Shown piece by piece: positions 56,191-64,000 of a stretch of DNA of 64,000 nt. Both the position numbers and the translations under genes were made by a program. Every line of letters starts with the position of its first letter. Within the stretch, counting starts at the first letter, position 1. The notes beneath the pieces are model-generated. The model was not told the DNA's origin and searched no databases. It saw only the letters and a program-made list of their open reading frames with translations. Where the stretch lies: assembly GCA_964106645.2 (NCBI GenBank), contig OZ067039.1. One strand, given 5' to 3'. The stretch is from Podarcis pityusensis. Lineage: Eukaryota.

Positions 56191-57543
56191 TATGCTGCTA
56201 TTACTTTCATATGCTTCCTTTACCTTTTTATGTTGCTATTACTACTAAACAAAATTATTCTTCCAACATTACAAAACATAAGAGGATTGTTCTTCAAGCA
56301 AGACAAAATTGAACAAAACGCTGGTGTCCAATAACCACCAGCCAGCAAATCAGATTTTTCTGGAGCCGTCAGATCACTAAGCTGCCAGCCTTCATTTGCT
56401 GAGGCTATGTACATTTTAGCAGCTTAAAATGGTGAGGCAATTTCGCTTCCCCTCTGCTGCATTACAAGTCATCTTTGCACCTTGCTCTACACATCAGAGA
56501 AGTGGTGGGGATATCTTCACCCAACCCACGGGTGTGATCCAGACTAAACACCCCTCCCCCCCACAAAAAATCGTAACAGTATAATCTAAAGTAACGGACA
56601 ACAACATTCCATAAAAACACATCTTCCTGGAGATTTTTATATAAGGAATGCTTTTGTTACCATTTCTTTGATGTTAAGCTGTACATCTGAATCCGGCTAC
56701 TTGTCCATCAAATCTATAACTTTATAGTGAGCAAATGGCCAGATGTTGCAGAAGTCAATTACTAGTTTCCGGTTTCCTGTTCCTTGTTGCCTCAAAAGTT
56801 CAAAAACAATCAGAAAACTTTAAAAATAAGTAATTTTTACATATTCCTGGACTCCAAAGTAAGTTTTACTATACTGCATGACCAAGATATTGCCACCTTC
56901 GGAATCCGCAACACAGTCAAAAGTATTGTGTATGTCATGTGTGGTGCCCTCTGACAACATAAATTAAGCAGCTCAGGCTGTGCACTTCACAGTAAGCACT
57001 GAGCCACACCAAATTATACACCCGCATTTCCAAGAAAGTGCTGCCTAAAAGGTGGCATTGAATCATGTCCAGACCAAAGCTCTCCTGCAGCACAAACCAA
57101 CATCAAACATGACATTTCCACAAATCTTAGTCAAAAATATGTAGAACTGGATAAGGAAATGGGGAGCTGTACCCTCGCAGAAATGGTTTTGGCTGAAACA
57201 AATCATACCCATCCAGAAAGAAGTCCTCTATGATGGCTTTGAATTGTATATTGCTCAAAGCTTTCATTAGGTGCAAGACACTGTCATCTGGTTGGCCACT
57301 GTAAGAGCAGAGTGCTAAACTAGGTAGGCCTTTGGTCTGATCCAGCAGGAGAACCCTTAACTGTGTTCTTAAGGTATATTGTTACATAAATAGAAATATT
57401 CAGGAGGCAATAAAAGAGTGGTATGTTTAACATAGTAAATATTTTAGGAAATACATGGTGGTTTTGCTTTTTAAATAATTTTTATTTGTTTTGTGGCGGG
57501 GAGCAATGTATAACATCATAAACATATAACTAACATATAGTTA

Positions 57544-57907
57544 AGGGACGCGGGTGGCACTGTGGGTTAAACCACAGAGCCTAGGACTTGCTGATCAGAA
57601 AGGTTGGCTGTTCGAATCCCCGCCACGGGGTGAGCTCCCGTTGCTCGGTCCCTGCTCCTGCCAACCTAGCAGTTCAAAAGCACATCAAAGTGCAAGTAGA
57701 TAAGTAGGTACCGCTCCGGTGGGAAGGTAAACGGCGTTTCCGTGTGCTGGTCTGGTTCGCCAGAAGCGTCTTAGTCATGCTGGCCACATGACCCGGAAGC
57801 TGTCTGCGGACAAACGCCGGCTCCCTCGGCCAATAAAGCGAGATGAGCGCCGCAACCCCAGAGTCGGCCACGACTGGACCTAATGGTCAGGGGTCCCTTT
57901 ACCTTTT
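57544..57907 (+). mobile_element. Sauria SINE, full length
   Basis: 15-bp TSD TAACATATAGTTAAG; ACCTTT tail. Confidence 0.92.
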
Positions 57908-59619
57908 TAACATATAGTTAAGAGCATTGGTTGAATCTCTGTTGTACGGCAAGACATTTGTTCTTCTTTACTTATGACTAAAATTTTCCCTTTTTGTTTA
58001 CAATGTCATGTTATACATCATTCAAAGTGCAAACCTGGAACTTCCTCCCCTCCATTCTGGCATTGCTTTTTGCTAACTACCAGAGGGCAGGGCAGGCCCA
58101 TGCAAAGGTGGGGGCACCCAGGTACACTTGCCTCATCCTCTGAAGGCTAACCTGGCCAGGGGCCCTTGCCAGGGTCCTGCTGGACTTATAATGTCATGTG
58201 CCAAGAACACCCCTGCCTTCCAGCCGACTGGGGCCTTCCGCCTTGGGACTCAGACAAGCTCTTCACTCGCCTGGCACAGTGCAGGGCAAATAGTCTTAGT
58301 CTTGCTGATGGCTTCTCTGTGTGCGTATTTTGTTAGGTCAATGTCTCAGCCGTTCTGGTGACTAGCTCTTGATGGCTCCTCTCCCAGGTGATTTCCTGGA
58401 CTGGGAAAGCAGAGTCCAGCTACTTAAAGCCTAAATTTCAGTTTAACCCTCCAATCGTTGATTACTTGTAACTTTTATTAGACCCAGGAATTTAGGGGAA
58501 ACTGCCCCCCCAACTCAAAACATCATCTTCCTATTTTTTCATTTTTTCTTTAAAGTACCTGATAGATGGTGATGCCCCAGTAGAGAAGTCTCTTAACATA
58601 TATAATCCTTTAATGGCCCGCTTTTGAAAGGGTTTAAGTTTGTCCATGCAATAAAAGCATGGGTGATGGGTTTCTAGGGTTTGCTCTATGTCTGTATCAG
58701 ATAACTAGAGGTTATCTATGGTTTGCGTATTAGCGGTTTTCCAGGATGTAGATGTCGATACAATATCAGTCTGAAGTTTTGTATCACTGGCTCATTTCCA
58801 ACCCACTCCCCATTTAGATCAATATCTCCTCCCTCAGCCCCCTGTCATACTCTAGCAGTGTCATTAGTTATAACATGTGGCATCACATGAGTAATAGCTA
58901 TGAAAATTATTGTTGACCTTTTAAAGTCATTTCCAGTCTGTACCACTAATAAAACCTCTTAATTATCTGTTTGCGGGGGTGGGGAGATGTCCTACTATCA
59001 TCTGTTCCATCATTCATTAGGATTTCCAGGTACACTATATGTCAGTGGTGGGGAAACACTTTTAGCCTGAGGGCCTTCTGAGCAACCTTCCGAGGACCAC
59101 ATGTCAGTGGTGGGTGGGGCCAAAGCCAAAAGTAGAAGGAGCAACCAATGTAACTCTTACCTTTGTACAGTAGGCTATTTTCTACACAAACTCCCCTCTG
59201 TCCTCCATGCAGGCAAGAAAGAGGCATTATCTAGGACTGCCATACATCCAGAATTTCCAATGTCAGAAGTCTAGACTTTGGTGAATTTCCTTAAAAATAG
59301 CTCTAAAACTTCTCTCTTTTTTGAGATTTTGCAATAACGTTTGACAAAAAATCTTTGCCAGGAGGCCCAGTACTAAGAGACAAATGCTGTGTCTGAGGTA
59401 ATGAGATTATTGGTGCACAAACAGAAATGCAGGCCTTCCAAGTGTCCCTATTTTCCAGGGACAGTCCCAGATATACAGAAACCATCCTAGTTTCTGATTT
59501 GATCCTGGAATGTCCCTCTTTTCCTTAGGATGTCCCTATTTTCACTGGAGAAATGTCAGAGGGTTTGGAGTTATCTGACTCCTGAGTCAAGGAAACAAGT
59601 AACTATACAATCTTTAGAA

Positions 59620-59947
59620 CAGGGGTAGGCAACCTAAGGCCTGTGGGCCGAATGCAGCCCAATCGCCTTCTCAATCCAGCCCCCGGACGGTCCAGGAATC
59701 AGCGTGTTTTTACTTGAGTAGAATGTGTCTTTTTATTTAAAATGCATCTCTGGGTTATTTGTGGGGCCTGCCTGGTGTTTTTACATGAATAGAATGTGTG
59801 CTTTTATTTAAAATGCATCTCTGGGTTATTTGTGGGGCATAGGAATTCGTTCATTCCCCCCCCCCCAAAAAAAAATATAGTCCGGCCCCCTATAAGGTCT
59901 GAGGGATGGTGGACCGGCCCACAGCTGGAAAAGGTTGCTGACCCCTG
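59620..59947. mobile_element. hAT-type MITE with internal direct repeat
   Basis: TIR CAGGGGT.GGCAACCT; TSD (C/G)TTTAGAA. Confidence 0.8.
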
Positions 59948-60429
59948 GTTTAGAAAAACATCTGAAGGCAGCCCTGTATAGGGAAGTTTTTTAATGTCTA
60001 ATGTTTTACTACGTTTTTATATATGTTAGAAGTTGCCAGGAATGATTGGGGCAACTGGGTGGGGTATAAATAGTAAAATCAGGAAGCCCCTTGCAATCTT
60101 TTCAAAAAATATAGCCCTAAGGTGCTTTCAAATGGAGGGAGGATTAATACTGTAAACAGGTCACTGAGAAATTGCAGATGGGTTGTTTGGAGCAGGTTGT
60201 TTTCCACAGAAAGGGTAAATATGGATTAAATGGGGAGGATACATACTAGTATTTGGGTGACATCATGTGAAAAAATAAACCTTACATGCAGGAGGACCAC
60301 CCACCCGACAATTCTGGCAGCACTCCTAATCTTTACTTTGCACAACTTCAGAACTGTCACAATATTATAAAACAGTAGAGGGCAGTCATTCAGGGATGCC
60401 AACTATACGTTGGAACCAACCCCTGTTTA

Positions 60430-62020
60430 TTGTAAGGCCTTCAGCATGGTAAATTGTAATGCCCTGTGGACTGTCCTTCTGAAAATTGGCTGCCCAGATA
60501 AATTTGTGAATATCCTTTGGCTGTTCCACAATAATATGACAGCAACAATCGAGGTAACAATGACTCTCAAAGTGAACTGTTCACAGTGGGATCAGGTGTT
60601 AAACAGGGATGTGTTATCACCCCAACTCTATTTATTATTTTCACTGCCATGATCCTACACATTGTCAAAGGGAAACTCCCCACTGGGGTAGAAATCATAT
60701 ATCGGACAGATGGAAAGCTCTTTTATCTGAGTAGGCTAAAAGCAAAGAGTAAGGTTACCATAACTTCAGTCGTAGAGCTTCGATATGCTGATGACAACGC
60801 AGTGTCTAAACACTGAGAGGATGACCACCAAACCATCCTAAATATTTTTGCAGAAGCTTACAAAAAGCTTGACCTATCGCTCAACATCCAAAAAACCAAA
60901 ATGCTGCACCAACTAGCAGTGGCAGAGCTTCATGCTCCAGCATTGGGGGGGGGCGGAGAGCAGGCAGGGGCACGGCTGGCGAGCGTCCCAGGGGCGTGGC
61001 ACACATCCTGGGGGCATGGTGTGCCATCTGCGGGGGCGTGGGGGGCAGCCATGATGGCACCCCACCGGGATCACACTGCCGGGGGCAGTGCGCTCCCCCC
61101 GCCCCCCTCTTCCTCCGCCTGTGCCAATTAGCACAAAACAACCCCTCTGCAGCACCACAAATCCAATGTTGGAAAATGTCAATCACTTATCCTACTTGGA
61201 CAGTTATCTTTCCACAAGGGCCGACATGGATGCCGAGATCCAGCACTGCCTGAGCTCTGTGAGTGCAGCTTTCTCCCAGTTGAAGTGCAGAGTGTTTGAG
61301 GACTGAGATATTTGCAGGGAAACCAAAATGCTTGTTTACAAAGCTATTGTACTACCAACCTTACTGTACACTTGTGAAACATAGACCACATATAAACATC
61401 ATCTCCAACTCCTCAAAAGATTCCATCAACGGTGTCTCCCAAAAAATTTACACATCACCTGGGAAGACAAGCAAACTAATGCCAGTGTACTGGAAGAAGC
61501 AAAGATCACCCAGAGTCAAAGCAATGATTCTTCAACATCAAAGAAGCAAAGATCACCAGTGCCGAAGCAATGATTCTTCAACATCAACTTTGTTGGAATA
61601 TTCATGTTGTTCAGATGCCTGATTATCATTTTCCAAAGCAACTACTCTATGCTGAAATTAAAAATGGAAAGTGTAATGTTGGTGGTCAACAAAAGAGGGT
61701 TAAAAGACTCTCTCAAGGCAAATCTTTAAAAATGTAGTATAAACACCAACAATTGGGAAACACTGGCCTGCGAACTCTCCAACTGGAGAACAGCCTTTAC
61801 CAAAGGTGTCATGGACTTTGAAGACACTCGAACTCAGGACAAAAGAGGAATGCTAAGAGGAAGGCACGTTTGGCAAACCCTCACCTTGATCAACTCCCGC
61901 CCAGAAACATATGTCCCCGCTGTGGAAGGATTTGAGGAACCAGAATTGGCCTCCACAGTCGCTTACAGACTCACTGTTAAGACTGTGTTCATGGAAGACA
62001 ATCTTACTCGGCTATGAGTA
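60430..62020 (+). mobile_element. RTE-clade LINE, degenerate (distinct from BovB)
   Basis: KAF..V...LW..L.KIGCP.KF, GVKQGCVITPTLF, LRYADD, YLDSYLS; C-terminal Cys-containing remnant. Confidence 0.88.
60917..61123. mobile_element. GC-rich hAT-type MITE nested in the RTE LINE
   Basis: TIR CAGTGGCAGAG / CTCCGCCTGTG; 8-bp TSD CCAACTAG / CCAATTAG. Confidence 0.75.
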
Positions 62021-62669
62021 ATTGAGAAAGAAAGAAAGAAAGAAACCAGCAGGTGGCAGTCCAGTACTGAAAACAGGATTGTCAGAAATCGAGAGAGATA
62101 AGAAAACCTACTGGTTTTATTTGTTTTGGTTTTGGCAACACTGTGTCTATTCTCAACTCACACACTCTTTCACTCTTGCGTGTTTCTCTTCTCCCCCTCC
62201 ACCACCCACCATACATAAGGTCAAACTGGAGCTGCAGAACAGCAACATCTGAAAGGATTCAGGTCCTCCATTCCTATTCTGCAAGGAAACATCTCCCATA
62301 CTCCCATAATACACGAGTGACTCTCGACTTTGCTTTATCAGGGTGCATAAGTGAAGAAAAGACTACATGATCCTTGTGATCCATAATAAGCATAATAATT
62401 CAATATTAAAATAAACAAATCCACCGTTCTCAGATTTATTACATTCAAAGGGAGGGCTTCCATACATGTCTGCCAGGTAATACTTACATTTCCTGCTAGG
62501 AAACCCCAATGGCTATTTACAGGTTCTTAAGAAAGTTGCAATAGGCATAAAACCAATGGCCTATCATTTGAGCAGCAATAATGCTGTTTTGCTCCTGACT
62601 TGGGAGTAGGCCTGGCTTTATTTTGCCTTGTCTATGGAAAAAGAATGATGTACATAGTACAGGGCCCCA

Positions 62670-62800
62670 TACTGAGCCTCTTGGGCTTGCCAATCAGAAG
62701 GTTGGCGGTTTGAACCCCTGCGATGGAGTGAGCTCCCATTGCTCTATCCCAGCTTCTGCCAACCTAGCACTTCAAAAGCATACCAGTACAAGTGGATAAA
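62670..62800 (+). mobile_element. Sauria SINE fragment
   Basis: Homology to other copies up to ...CAAGTGGATAAAT. Confidence 0.75.
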
Positions 62801-63378
62801 TTGAAATGTAAAGTATTGCACTTGGGCAAAAAGAATGAGAGGCACAAATACAAGATGGGTGACACCTGGCTTGAGAGCAGTACATGTGAAAAGGATCTAG
62901 GAGTCTTGGTTGACCACAAACTCGACATGAGCCAACAGTGTGACGCGGCAGCTAAAAAAGCCAATGCAATTCTGGGCTGCATCAATAGGAGTATAGCATC
63001 TAGATCAAGGGAAGTAATAGTGCCACTGTATTCTGCTCTGGTCAGACCTCACCTGGAGTACTGTGTCCAGTTCTGGGCACCACAGTTCAAGAAGGACACT
63101 GACAAACTGGAACGTGTCCAGAGGAGGGCAACCAAAATGGTCAAAGGCCTGGAAACGATGCCTTATGAGGAACGGCTAAGGGAGCTGGGCATGTTTAGCC
63201 TGGAGAAGACGAGGTTAAGGGGTGATATGATAGCCATGTTCAAATATATAAAAGGATGTCACATAGAGGAGGGAGAAAGGTCTTTAAGCAGAGGCTTGAC
63301 AACCATATGTCAGGAGTGCTCTGAGGGTGTTTCCTGCTTGGCAGGGGGTTGGACTCGATGGCCCTTGTGGCCTCTATT
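62795..63378 (+). mobile_element. CR1 LINE 3' fragment
   Basis: KCKVLHLG...EKDLGVLVD...[15 protein letters not shown]; CR1 3' terminus. Confidence 0.92.
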
Positions 63379-64000
63379 TGCTTAGACCACAAAAAGGAAA
63401 CATGGCATTACTGACAGCCGTATACGGCCCATTCTGACTTCACACCTCACTGACACTTCAGATTTCTGTTATACAGGAAACAGTGTTCATGCTCAAAAGA
63501 CCTTCTACAAGATAGTAAAGATAGTAGAAGAAACGGGATTTCTGGGCTTAATTAAAGGCCTACTTTCCATGCCAGTACTACAACCCCCTTATCATTGGGC
63601 ATACTAGCTGTGTCTGATGGGAGCTGGAGTCCCAATATCTGGAAGGCCACACATTTCTACCCTCCCTCCTGATCTATGTGATGTGTTCCCAGAACTTGAT
63701 GATATGAAGGTGAATGGAAGAATGGCTTCCACTGAAAAATATTGTATTTGAAGTGATTAAAAACTTTTTCTGTAGCGCATGTTATATTAACAAAACCTGT
63801 GCATGTGCACATTCACCACCTGACTGCAACATCGTGTGGTAATGCACTGAAGGGTTTTTAATAGGGCTGCTACATTTAGGTCTTAATCACTATAAACACT
63901 TAACCTGGGAATAAGTTCCATTGAACTTGGTGTGACTTACTTCTGAGCAGACATGCAGAAGGATAGCTCTGTTAAGTCAGACAATTCAAAATACAAAATT

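Noticed and set aside
61490-61590. ~48-bp tandem duplication
   Set aside because: A local duplication inside a dead RTE LINE, with no sign of function.
54300-64000. IL5 expected by synteny upstream of RAD50
   Set aside because: I found no signal-peptide exon with a TATA box and no phase-0 exon series. The region is mostly transposons, and the gene may lie beyond the window.

Overview
Vertebrate genomic DNA, most likely from a squamate reptile (lacertid-like, inferred from Sauria SINEs, BovB and the L2/CR1/MITE repertoire). The window holds a complete RAD50 gene on the minus strand: 25 coding exons at 19818-52357, 3939 nt, 1312 aa, with a CpG-island promoter near 53.3-54.3 kb. This places it in the Th2 cytokine locus (IL5-RAD50-IL13-IL4-KIF3A in mammals). 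About 11.6 kb downstream of RAD50, on the same strand and in the IL13 position, I assembled by hand a 4-exon, all-phase-0 gene (CDS 8214->3498, 160 aa) that the ORF track shows only as fragments. It encodes a signal-peptide-bearing, cysteine-rich, highly divergent IL-4/IL-13-family cytokine. It has a TATA/GATA/RUNX/kB promoter, an AU-rich 3'UTR, a candidate poison micro-exon and a BovB insertion in its proximal promoter. GATA/STAT5/AP-1 motif clusters lie where the mammalian CGRE and Th2 locus control region (RAD50 3' introns) are found. The rest is intronic or intergenic DNA dense in transposons. No IL5-like exons were recognised upstream of RAD50 within the window.
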